DNA of 64,000 nucleotides from Octopus vulgaris (Eukaryota): contig OX597821.1 in the NCBI GenBank assembly GCA_951406725.2, forward strand, positions 6,944,001 through 7,008,000. The letters are read 5' to 3'. The position numbers and the translations under genes were made by a program. Below the pieces are notes generated by a model that searched no databases, was not told the DNA's origin, and saw nothing but the letters and a program-made list of their open reading frames with translations. Positions within the stretch are counted from its first letter, which is position 1, and each line of letters starts with the position of its first letter. Shown here piece after piece: positions 52,174-64,000 of the stretch.

Positions 52174-54573
52174 CAGTGGTTCCCAACCTTTTTCAGCCCA
52201 GGGACCATTTTTTACTTGAAAAAAATTTCTAGGGACCATTTCTACTCTTACTTTATGCTGTTCTATTTTCACACTAAAATACTTAATGAAAAGACATTAA
52301 AATTATTTTAGCAAACAAAAGATAAAACTTAAAATTTATTTTAGTAAACAAAGATATCAAAATCATTTTTCATAAAGTCATTCATTTTTAGTCCATTCAG
52401 CTAGTGACTAGCTTGATATTGGTGTTTCTGACACAAGATATCATAATCAATTTTAATGAACTCATTTAGTCTTAGTCTGATAGTTGCTCTGCTGTTGACA
52501 TCTAATTTATTTCTTTTTCTATTCACATATCAACAACAGTTAAAAATGCAGATTCCACCATTCATGTGGCAGGGAAAGAAATGATGCTTGCTTCTACATG
52601 TCGAAAAATATATGAGTGTGATTCCTTTATTGATATGTAGGCAAAGATACCTTCTTTTTCAACTCTTCTCAGTTTCATTCTCTTTCAAATCCAACAACAT
52701 TTCAACCAACTCAAAATTTTCTTCGCCTGGCTCATAATTTTCTAGGTCTACTAACCAGAATGGATAATCTATCTTTAATAAATCATTCTATCTTCTCTCA
52801 AAGTGAAGACCTTCAAGATGGGCAATGCATGCAGCAATGCATTCTGATGTAGGTACAGTGGTATTAAAACTTCGAAATGATGCCAATTTTTTTTTAAACT
52901 GTTTTTTCCAAAATTCAAATTTTCCCATCTGATTTTCTACCTCGCAGCTCTAAGTTAAGTAGATTCACTGTTTTAAAAATATTACTCAAGTAGAATATTT
53001 TTTATTTAAACTCAGAAAGTCTTTCCAAAATTTTCTTAGCTGTATCAGCTTGCTTCATGGAGTTGTAATGAGTGATCTGACTCTTGAACATGAGAAAGTT
53101 GATTAATGTTCCCACAAATTTACTAGTCTTTCAAGGCTCTTGCCTTTTAACAACCATCTAACTTCTGCGTGAAGCATTAGGGTTTTAAAATCTTCATCTT
53201 CACAGAATTGCATAAAAAATCTATTATTCACTGAGTTTGATTTGACAAAATTAATTGCATGTATGGCAGTGTTAAGTGCTTCTTCCATGTGTCCTCCAAT
53301 ATTCTTAGCAACCAAATGCTGTCTGTGGGTAATGCAATGTATATAATGTGAGGAGCAACTGATTTCATTCTAGAAACAAAGCCTTTCACTTTTCCAGTCA
53401 TGGCTGCAACTCCATCTGATGCAATGTTGATCAAATTAGTCAATGGAATATTTTTATCATTAAAATACTGCATTACTTTATTGAATATATCTTCTCCATT
53501 AGTAGTTTCAGACAAACTTTTAATGAATAACATTTCTTCCCTTATATCATCTTCATGGACGAATCTGACATAGACCAGAAGGATAGCTTGGTTATGAATT
53601 GTGCTATCATCAACCTGAATAGAAAAATTTGTCTTTTGGAGTATTTCCACAATCTTCTTCCCAACAAAATTAGACATTTCATCCTGTCTTCTTGTAATTG
53701 TGTTATTTGAAAGTGGAATTGTACTCAGGGTAGATACAGTATCTTTTCCCAGAACCTCATTTGCACAAGCTATCATAGCAGGCTTCACAAGTTACTCACC
53801 ATAAATCTGAGGTGCTGCAACCTTGGCAATAATTTCAGAGACCAAATAACTTGGTTTGAGTGTCTTTGCTTTTTCAGTATTTATCTTCTTTACAGAGTCG
53901 GGTAGTTTGATTGGCTGTATTTTCTTTTTATTCTCAAAATATTCCCTACCTTTACCAACAGATAATAGATGCCTTAATTTCTGGTGCTGTTCCAGCTTAA
54001 CTTTCTTCGTGGAATGATTTGTCATGATGGCATCACATTCAAGACACATAGGTTTTGAGTCTACAGATCCAAAACCAAATAGGATAAAATCTTCTTTGTA
54101 GTTCCTCAGTTTTGCCATTTTAGCAGTTGGTTCGGACATTATTACGACTGATCTTAATAAAAATTAAAATGATAGATACTTTATTTCTACAAAATAATAA
54201 ATAATTTATTCCTATAAATTAAAATTATCAAATTTATCATTAAACAATATTGTGTAGTGATCTATTAAAAATATCATATTTATTATGAAACTGTTGTGAT
54301 TGTAAAATTTAAATTATGTAATTCTTGATTGTAATATATTATTGATTATATAGTATACATTATTGATTCTTACGGAATAATTATTGAATTTTGTTTTCTT
54401 ATTATTCTGTCTTCATATAAATTATTATTAAATAACAGTGTCTTTATTATCAAACAATATTGTGTAGATCTGAAATGGCTTCAATTTTTTTTATGGCTAC
54501 GAATTCTCTGGGGACCGCCAGAAATTTTCTGGGGACCACCGGTGGGCCCCGGAGACCACGTTGGGAATCACTG
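52174..54573 (-). mobile_element. hAT Buster-type (ZBED8/SCAND3-like) transposon, full length, pseudogenised transposase 54139-52401
   Basis: TIRs CAGTGGTTCCCAAC / GTTGGGAATCACTG. BED finger KPMCLEC..HQKLRH, plus PLSNNTITRR, FSIQVDDST, ASDGVAAM and HAEVRWL. Several stops and frameshifts; TSD not matched. Confidence 0.92.
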
Positions 54574-54639
54574 GTCTAAATTACGCAAAAATGAAAATAA
54601 CACTGACATCTCATTTTAACAGATATATTTACTAAAATT

Positions 54640-55415
54640 ACATAAAAATATCTTGAAATACTAAAGAGTAAATTTATTCTATAAAATCGTCATTGGCTTC
54701 AACCATGGCCTCCAGATGACTTCGGAATCTCCTGCAAATCTCCTGGGCGGTCTCCTTGTCTAAGTTGGTCAGTGCTACCGTAATCCTTGCCTTCAGTTAA
54801 TCTTTGGTATTACAAAGAGTTTTGTTGGTCTCTCGCTCAACTGCACCCCACACATAATAATCAAGGGGTTGCAGCCTGGGGAGTTAGGTGACCAGATATT
54901 AGGGATGATGTGGCCGCAGGAATTGTCTGACAGCCATGACTGGGTTCTCCTCATGTGGCATGGTGCAGAGTTCTGTTGCCAGACATAGGGTTTTCCAGCA
55001 GCCACCCTCTTGACCCAGCGTAGCACTACTTTCTCCAGGCACTTGATGTAGAACTCCGTGTTGAGTGCGAGGCCGTGTTGGAAGATAAATGGAGGTATAA
55101 CATCGCCATCACAAGTGATCATTCCAAACACCATGATGTTGACTGGATGTTTGAGTTTTATCACTTTCAGTACATGTCCTCAGATTGATACCCAAACACT
55201 CTAAAATGCTCGTATTGGAGCTTCCGGCACGGATACTAAGCAGTACAGCAGGTCGTTTCCAAATTTCTGACAGAATTGTGCCATGGTGATGTTTTTCTCA
55301 AAGACGGTGCCCAACTGACCCAACTATACGGTGTAGTCAGCAAAATCAAACACAAACAATGCGCATGTGCGAAATTAGAAATATAAAATAGCGACAATAT
55401 ACCCATCGCACCGTG
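54640..55415 (-). mobile_element. Tc1/mariner superfamily (maT/DD37D-like) deleted element
   Basis: KHPVNIMVFG..PPFIF..YVWQQNSAPCH..TQSWL..WSPNSPGCNPL. Confidence 0.8.
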
Positions 55416-56211
55416 TATATGTACATTCTTTTATTCTTTTACTTGTTTTAGTTGACTGCGGCCATGCTGGAGCACCGAACAAATCGACCCCTGGACTTCT
55501 TCTTTGCAAGCCTAGTACTTATTCTGTAAGCTCCGAGTTCAAATACTGCCGTGGTCAACTTTGCTTTGCATCCTTTCGGGGTCGATAAATAACGCACCAG
55601 TACTGTACTGGAGTTCATTCTCCTCTTTCGTTCTGTTTGTTTGCCTGCCTCATTGTTTGTAGAAGAAATTGGTTGTGTCAGTTTTTGAGAGGGATGCGCT
55701 CCACCAAATCTAAAAGTACCCAAGGCACATTGTATACTATTCCAACGACACCTACGGGATTTGCGGTCTTAAGGCAAAGCAGATCATCCATGAATCTGTC
55801 CACATTTCAGAACCCAATCATACAAAATCAGTAGCGTAGGTAAAGAGATGAGCGAGGTGGATGGTTCGCCCCGAGTGACCTTTTAGTCTGTTAATTGAAC
55901 CTGTATAGGCTTAGGTGCTCGGATGTGCTACAAACTTCAAGAATGTCCCAGCGGCACACGCTCAAGCTGTCAGTGCCACTGTACAAAAGACGATACAAGG
56001 AATGACGCTATAACCTTACTGTAAGACAACAAAATTGACAGCGTTGGGTATAATGCTTTGCTGTATTTGTTCCGACTTTCTGCGCTCTGATTTCAAATCC
56101 TGTCTAAGATGACTTCGCCGTTCATACTTTCTAGAACATCGGATATAATTCTTTATCATGGTACCCCTAGATTGGGAGAAAATTTTTAGAACTTGAATTA
56201 TATTTGAAAAA

Positions 56212-56402
56212 ATGCTGAAAGGTTCCTGGCTTTAAAGGTACTGAGAAAGGCCTGGCTGGAATTCTTTTACAGGGATTAGAAAAACTGAAGGAGCACTGCA
56301 ATAAATGTGTGAATCTGAGAGGAGAATATGTTGAGTAAAATCCGAACTGATCCTCGTGTATTTTCTTTTGCCCAAATCCAGGAACTTTTCAGCACCCCCT
56401 CG
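56212..56402 (+). mobile_element. mariner deletion derivative
   Basis: TGCTGAAAGGTTCCTGG / CCAGGAACTTTTCAGCACCCCCTCG-TA inverted ends around the coding tail KCVNLRGEYVE*. Confidence 0.65.
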
Positions 56403-57107
56403 TATAACATCACCCTAATTTTATTTGGTTACTTTTCTCAACCTGGGTGATAATGCCTGTCCAGGAGCATTGTGAGCTCACTAAAGAGCTATGATATTTA
56501 AACCAAGTACGTAAATTATGTTTAAAACACATTTTCAAAGACGTCTTTCTCGGCATTAGAATATGCAAAGGGCATTACGTTAGCAGTAAAATGAAACATG
56601 ATTGATGATGGATCGAGGTCCAATGTTTATAATTCGCTTTTTTCACATCTAAATTAGGAAATATAACTCTTTCAAGAAAGATTATCAAAAAATAAAGCAA
56701 AATGTATATTTTATTTTATTGATCCAACATTTATTTTCAATTTTTCAATTAGTAAATTCTATTCTTGTGTAGCCTTTCATCGTTCCAGGGTCGATAAAAC
56801 AAAATGCTTGTCAAATCCAGGAGATTTTTTTTGATCGAGTATCCCCCCTCCCTCCCGCTAAATTTCAGACTGCGTGTCTCTATTAGAAACATTTATTAAT
56901 GGATTACAAAGTTTAACATTTTTTTAAAAAACTTTGGTCAGTAAGTGTTACTTCCTATTTGCTTCTATCTAGAAATCAAAGGAAACGACTACTATTCCCT
57001 TCAAACTTTGCTTTGCGACCTGGACATCAATGTTTTAAAAACTTACTTATTTTCCATTACATTTCAGACAGATTCAGAGCTGAGTTGCTGAGCCAGAAAT
57101 ATTGTTA

Positions 57108-57385
57108 CAGTAATCCCACGACTATCGCGGGTCTTAAGTTCCGAAACCCCGCTCGATAGGTGAAAATCCGCGAAGTAGAAACAGTACTGTACAGTATATT
57201 TTTTTTACTATTTTTATAATTTGTATATATTTATTTTATTATAAATGCAAAACAACACCACAGACGAATCGACGTAAGCTTAAATAATAAACCGCGATAG
57301 GAGAACTGCAATAGATGAACCGCGATAGGTGAGCCGCGATTGATGAACCGCGATAAGTAAACCGCGACATGGGGAGGGATTACTG
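57108..57385. mobile_element. pogo/Tigger-type MITE
   Basis: TIR CAGTAATCCC / GGGATTACTG, TA TSD, several subterminal (A/G)CCGCGAT repeats. Confidence 0.85.
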
Positions 57386-57602
57386 TATAGCAAATATTCT
57401 GCTCAATACCACAGATTTGTTTGTCAGTTTCTTGACCTTAACCACTTGAGCATGTCCCCTAGTGGTTGACAATATGTTCCATCTCTGATGATGAGCAGGC
57501 GTAGTAGGGAAGCATCATAGCCACGTGTTGAGAGGGATATTTTCATACTTTCTAGGGGTGAGAATAGGCGCAAGCATGACTGTGTGGTTGAGAAGTTCGT
57601 TT

Positions 57603-57643
<41 letters not shown>

Positions 57644-59234
57644 TATAGTCTTTATGTCTGTGTTTCTCCCCCGCTACCGCTTGATAACCAGTATTGGTGT
57701 ATTTGCGTACCCATAACTTAACTGCTCGGCAATAGAGATCGATATGTAAGTACCAAGCTTTAGAAAAAATAAGTACTGGGGGGGGGTCGATTCGCCCGAC
57801 TAAAATACTTTAAGGTGGTGCCCCAGCTTGGCCGTATTCTAATGAATGAGACTAATAAAAGATAAAAGAACTAGCAGAAAAACGCCCGGAAAGTGGTCTT
57901 TCTTCTAATATTTAAAATAAAAGTTGTAGTTATTATCCAAATGAAGAGGACATTCTTAAGAGCTTTACGATGAAATATGGCGCTGAACTAAAGAAATTTA
58001 AGAACGAATGTTTTAGTGGTTTGAAAAATTGTACTTCATAGTAAAACCATTAAAAGCTATTTAGGCCTGGATCAGTGCCTGCTTCCGATTGCAGCGAACT
58101 ATTATAGATCTAACATCGTTTTCGTTTATTATAGGGTTTCCGTTGCGAAACGAAAAAGGTTGATAAATGAATCACTGATACGTGAGTCATCTCCCTGCAC
58201 TTTGTAAAGGGAGTAAATGGTAAATTCCTTGGTACCAAACTCGCGGCTCACAGCAGCGAAGAATCCACCGTCCTACCTTTGCTTGATTGATTGCTTTACC
58301 TTTACATGTGGAGGATTCACCCGTCTGTGTTGTTTGTGAGAACCAGACACATTTGTTTTGTTTTTTTCTGTTCATTGGTCCCATCTTGATGAGTAGGAAT
58401 ATGTAAATTTATGCAGCCTCGCCGTATGGTCATGAAAATAGAAGCGATAGTCAGTAGCTGGGCAATGTTGATGGATACTGAGGTGCCTTTTTTTGCAGTA
58501 CAAACAGCATCTTTGTCTGATCGCCGATCCGTGTTATCACATATCATCCGTGATAAGCGTAACACAGTTCACAATTAAGTCTACCGTGTTATCCTGGATC
58601 ATTGATAAATGAAACAGTGAAAAACGAGACTATATATATTTGGAAGCATGGACGTTACTTGTAACAACTTCAGCTTCTATATATTCAGTCTATTTCCTTT
58701 TCTTTACTTTTTTTTTGTTCTTGAATATTTCCTTCACATAAATATGTCGTTAGAAATTGTATTAACACTTTCAAAGCTGCTCTGCTTATTCGTACGCTAG
58801 TCCATTAATAATGCAATCCAAAACGTTGTCACTTCCTTTTGCTGGAATTTTGCTTCTAAGGTAAAAATCGTTGGAATGTTTATTTACCGTTAATTTGCTT
58901 TCCGTGAAAGATTGCTTACGTTTAACGCGTCAACAAATGAGTTTTCGACCCAAACTTGTTTTTCAATTTCATACAGAAAATACTTCTTCATTGACACATT
59001 TTGTCTGGCAATAAAAAATAAATAAATAAGTAACCTGCAAGGTTTTCAGCAATACTCGACGCATGGCTATGTGGTTAAGAAACACGCTTTGGAACCACGT
59101 GAGTTTGGGTCCTATCCCACTGCACGGCGCCTTGAGAAAGGATCTTCTTCTATGGGCACAGAACGACTAATGCTATACGAGTGAATTTAGTAGACGAAAA
59201 ATGTGGAAGACCGCCGTACACACACACACACACA

Positions 59235-59755
59235 TCTATATATATAAAACTGTAGTTGTGTGAGTGTCTGTCTCCTACGATTTAGATTCCTAACTACTCC
59301 CACATTTTGCGGTGCAGTTTAACCAAATTCGGGTATCTTATAGTCGTGATTCATATCGAGCCCGTCTGGGTATTAGCGCGCGTCTACGATGAGTCTACGA
59401 TTTTAAAAATAATTTAACATTATTTTTTTCCATTTTAACGCATATTTTTTCGTGTGTCGATGGCGGCGGAGTTGGCGTCCATGGTCACACCTGCACCTGT
59501 GTTGCTTCTCCCCCTTCTTACCTCCCTCGTGAAGCTGTGGGGAAGGGAGTGTAAGGAAATCAACGTCGTAAAGCATTGTCAAGGAGACCAGCGTTCTTTT
59601 AGAACAACGACTTCATGGCTTGAAGACACCAAAATTACCATCATTTTTTATTCCATTTTTAATGCATTTTTTGCTATTTTTTGCTATAACTCACTAAAAA
59701 TGCTTATATAGTTATTTCCCTTACAAACCCGAGCAACGCCGGGCGATACTGCTAG
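59235..59755 (+). mobile_element. Non-autonomous Helitron
   Basis: A|TC start, CCCGAGCAACGCCGGG hairpin, CTAG|T end. The last ~110 bp are shared with 23217. Confidence 0.78.
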
Positions 59756-60339
59756 TATTTATATAAAACATTTTAAAAATATATGTGGTTCCCACTGGTA
59801 ATGACCGTTAATAGAAGGGAGATAACCATCTCCTCGTAATATGAAGCGGAATTAGAATTTTTAAATTTGAATTTGAAGAATATAAGGAAGAAATGCACAC
59901 ATTTTTTCTCCGCATTCGACGTTCCGATGAAGCAGTAAGGTGTTACTCAGGCACTCAACTATGAGTCCATTGCATCTTATAGTAGAAACAGCTGTGAGCT
60001 AATGAAGTTCATATGATAATCATTTATTCGTTTGTCATTTCATTTTCTTATTTAATTTCTTATCTATTATGAATTTCTTACAATTCCCAGTTGGGGGTAA
60101 TCATGTGTGGCACTATTTCATTCTCTTTAGAAATCTTCAGCATGATATAACTTCTAACTTTTTAATTAGATATATTACGAAGTGACCCATTTCATTAAAA
60201 TTAGAAATTAAACCAACTGCATCTGAAGGCAATTTATTTCGAAAACGAAGCTTTCATTTGATTCAATTCTAAATACGTTCCTTTTAAATTTTCTCTAATT
60301 GAATTTATTTTTCTGAAATTGGAATGTGTTGCCCCTGAA

Positions 60340-60610
60340 TATCGCGTTAATTTGTACTGGATTTAGGCTGCTATTACTTAAAAGCTTTCCACATCACACA
60401 GTTCACTTGATGAAATTTGATCACCAGTCCACGTGTGACCATACGCAGTAAAAGTTGCATTACATTTTGTTTTCTTAATTTCACTTTGCTCGTCTTGCAG
60501 TTGCGAAGGTGAAGATTGTTGTAGATATTATGACCTCTTTCGTTCACGTTGCTCGGGTACTGCTTATTAGCACTTGACTTATTGATTTTTAACCACTTAT
60601 CCATTGGGAA
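60340..60610 (-). mobile_element. hAT Buster/ZBED5-like N-terminal remnant
   Basis: MDKWLK...KLRK followed by an out-of-frame TWTGD segment typical of the region before the BED finger. Confidence 0.5.
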
Positions 60611-62479
60611 TGTAAACAGAGTGCGATTTATTGATTATAGAAAATCATAATTGCCCAAAACATTTGTCTTCACTCCACTTGCAACAGAGAAGTCAGCAAA
60701 CTATTTAACACCAATATTATGCGCCACGTTTAACATTCACTTCAATTTTATTGTTGCTTAAACTGAAAGCGATTGAAAATTATCGCGTAATATTAGCTTG
60801 AATTGCCAAATTTTACCAATTCACTAGAATATATCTATAATGAATATCGTTACATAAAAACAAAGTACTTCTTATTCAAGTAGAAGATATTGTGAAAATC
60901 CTCTATAGATTTTGCATTAAGTCTGTGTGTGTCGCCGGAAGACTATATCGTGCCGCTTCTTTATTTTCCTCAAACTGTGTATATATAGCCGTCTACATGT
61001 ATATGCTTGTATGTGTATATCCATCTGCGTGCATATGTATGTGTATATGCATGTATGTGGATATGTACGTGTATGTGTGTGAAACAACTGACTGGCTTTT
61101 TGAATAAGTATAAAACCCTGGATATGGTTGGTAGATGGCTGGAGGAAGGAAGAGAGCGATTATGAAAGAAATGTGCAAGAACTGTTGGATGGAAAGCGTA
61201 TGTTTTAGTATCTAAATGTGTGCAAATTGTAGCCGCGAGCATGTTCATCTTTTAACAACAGTATGTTATACCTGTGTCTGTGTGATCATTGTGGTGTAAC
61301 AGTAGTATACACGCACATATGCAAACACATGCAGACACAGACACACGTATATACTCATATACGACCCGGCTATCCGTCGATTACAACGAGTGTTCCAGTG
61401 GATTCGATCAACGGAACAGCGTGGTCGTTAAATTAACGTGCAAGTGGCTGAGCACTCCACAGACACGCGTACCTTTAACGTTGTTCTCAGAATGTGACAA
61501 GGTTGGCCCTTTTGAATTACAGATTCAACTCATTTTTGGAAGCTGTATGGACTGGAGCAATGTGAAATAAAATGCCTTGCTCAAGGACACAATGCGTTGC
61601 CGAGAATCGAGCTCACTATCTTATGATCGTGAGCCGAATATTCTACCCACTAAATAAGCTTAAAGAAATTATGCAGCACATACGTGATAAAGAATAAAAA
61701 TAGGATGTACCATTGCACTATGTCAGCCTTCATCAACACGTGTTATAATGCAACGAATTTTCCAGTGATGAGTGGTTACCATTACTACATTGGTTTTGGC
61801 GGTATTTATCAGAGCCAACCGAAATTTTGAATCAATCGACCATAGCTGAATTATATGTAAAATCATGCACACAAAGAGAACAACTTTTAGAATGTTTAAC
61901 TAAACACAGAAACAGGCGTTAGATATTAGTGATGCTGGCAAACACTTAGATAGACACAACGGGGGTATAAATTCGGTCGATCAACTTGAACAAAGAAAAC
62001 TATGTATAAGAAAAGATTGTATATCTAAATATTATGCAAGTATTGTATGTGTATTTACTCTTCTCTGTTCCAAGTTATAGGACACCGTTTTATATTTAAG
62101 TATCTGAAATTATGGGTAGTAGGGAGAGACACTCCTGAAGGGCCGTTTCATGGTTTGTTGACCGATCCTCAGAGAAGATTAACTGGTTTCCTTCCCCAAA
62201 CAGCTCATCTGCGATATAAGTCAATCATGAAGTAGGCCACCGCTATGGTGGATAGCCTAATTGTGCTTTTTATGGCTCGTCATAATTTAAATAAATTTTA
62301 AGATAATGCCAGTAATTTCGGGGAAGAAGCAACTGGTACTTATTTTGTCGACCCCGAAAGGGTAAAAGACAAAAAGCTACTGCGGCTGAATTTGAACTCA
62401 GAACATAAAGACGAACGAAATACCGCTAAGCATTTCGCCCGGCGGGCTAAGGATTCTATTAGTTAGCCCCAAAGCAAAC

Positions 62480-62832
62480 AATGCTGGATCATAGATATAG
62501 CATGCCCTGCTAACAACAAGGTATGCGATAAGGAAGAAAGAAAAGTCGATAGATTTGACAGGTTAGCTTTGGAGATTAAACAGTTGTGGTCAATGAAAAT
62601 TGTCGGAGCCCTGTGAACAGTGAGTAAAAATCTTGAGAAGTACATGGAAGAAATATAGATGCAATAAGAGTGGAGCACTTGCAGAAAACAGTACTGCTTG
62701 GAACCGCTCGAATACTCCGGAAGGTGCTCGAAAAATAAGGGGTGTTACCTTAGTTCACTGGCAGTGAACAGATGACACCGTAGTACATCGCCAGTGTTAG
62801 AAGCTGTGCAAAGATTATAAAATAATAATAAT
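62480..62832 (+). mobile_element. R4/Dong-clade 3' end (REL domain) with (AAT)n tail
   Basis: CWIIDIACP..KEERKVDRFDRLALEIKQLW...HLQKTVLLGTARILRKVLEK*. Confidence 0.85.
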
Positions 62833-63050
62833 GATCCTTTCTACTATAGGCACAAGGCCAGGAATATTTTGATAGGGAGGGGGATATTCGATTGCATCAA
62901 CCCCAGTGTTTCACTCGGACTTAATTTATCGACTCAGAAAGGATAAATGGCAAATTCGACCTCCGCGGAATTTGAACTCACAACGTGAAGTCAGACGAAA
63001 TGCCGCTAAGCAATCGCCCAGGCTGCTAACGTTTGTACCAGTTCGACGCC

Positions 63051-63082
<32 letters not shown>

Positions 63083-63306
63083 CCTTTCTACTATGGGCAC
63101 AAGTCCTGTAATTTTGGAGGAGAGGCCAGTCGATTAGATCGACCCTTTTACGCAACTGGTACTTAATTTATCGACCCCGAAAGGATGACTGGCAAAGCCG
63201 ATCCCGGCGAAATTTGAACTCAGAACGTAGCAACGGTCGAAATACCGCTAAGCATTCCGTCCAGTGTGCTAATGATTCTGCCAGCACACCGCCGTAGTAG
63301 TAGTTG

Positions 63307-63337
<31 letters not shown>

Positions 63338-63339
63338 TA

Positions 63340-63896
63340 AATGCTCTGATGCAGTACCAGGCAGTGGCTCTCATGGCTTCTGATCTTAACTGATTGGAAG
63401 TGTTATCATGTACATTGTTTTGTCTTAGTATAAAAGATGGCCTACAGCAAATATTCTGCTCAATACCACAGATTTGCTTGTCAGTTATTTGACCTTAACC
63501 AGTTGACCATGTCCATTGGTGGCTGACGTTATGTGCATCTCTGATCACGAGCAGAAGTAGTTGGGGATCATCATAGCCGTTTGTTGAAAGGAATTCTTAG
63601 AGGTTTGGATAATTCACCTTTGGAAACATGGGTGGTTCGTTCAACATCCTTAAACAACCCTTATTCAAGGACCTGTTGAGCGGGACGGGCTACTCGACCA
63701 GGAGAAAATTCTAACTGGGCCCCACCTGCAAGGTCATGTGCTATTTATCTTGATATGAGATCACCATGTTGCACACACATGGTTGTGATGCATGTGCCTA
63801 GTGTACCCTTATCAGACGAGTAGTCATGATGGGTGTACTGGGCTTCGTATATTTTACCCCAGTGTCACCTTGATGTCATGCATTGCTCTCTCACTC

Positions 63897-63898
<2 letters not shown>
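63340..63898 (-). mobile_element. Non-coding interspersed element embedded in (AAT)n
   Basis: (AAT)n on both sides. 63447-63600 matches 57389-57540. Its terminus TTGAGTGAGAGAGC recurs at 28462. Confidence 0.65.
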
Positions 63899-63948
<50 letters not shown>

Positions 63949-64000
63949 GCAACAAGCGTTTCTGTTTTAAGCACAAGGCCAGAAATGGCGAGGGGATGGG

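Noticed and set aside
52401-54139. Domesticated ZBED8/SCAND3-like gene
   Set aside because: TIRs are retained and the frame has multiple stops and frameshifts, so it is a dead transposon.

Overview
Eukaryotic, AT-rich, repeat-saturated DNA. The microsatellite load and SINE families look like an octopus (coleoid cephalopod) genome; this is inferred from recall, not a search. There is no intact conventional gene, rRNA or CRISPR array. Most listed ORFs are microsatellite or SINE read-throughs. The window holds decayed non-LTR retrotransposons (RTE, CR1/L2, R4/Dong), a Gypsy gag-protease remnant, mariner, maT, hAT-Buster and pogo-type DNA elements, two non-autonomous Helitrons, at least four tRNA-derived SINE families, and several Penelope-like ends with minimal hammerhead-ribozyme-like cores. 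Reading splice signals by eye gave two phase-consistent candidate orphan genes the ORF track misses. (1) A + strand gene (about 31.9-39.3 kb, 160 aa) with all phase-2 introns, including three tandem 75-nt symmetric exons encoding a Ser/Thr-rich 25-aa repeat. (2) A - strand three-exon gene (about 19.9-17.4 kb, 107 aa) with a signal-peptide-like start, a Cys cluster and a GRKR site. Both are hypotheses that need RNA-seq.
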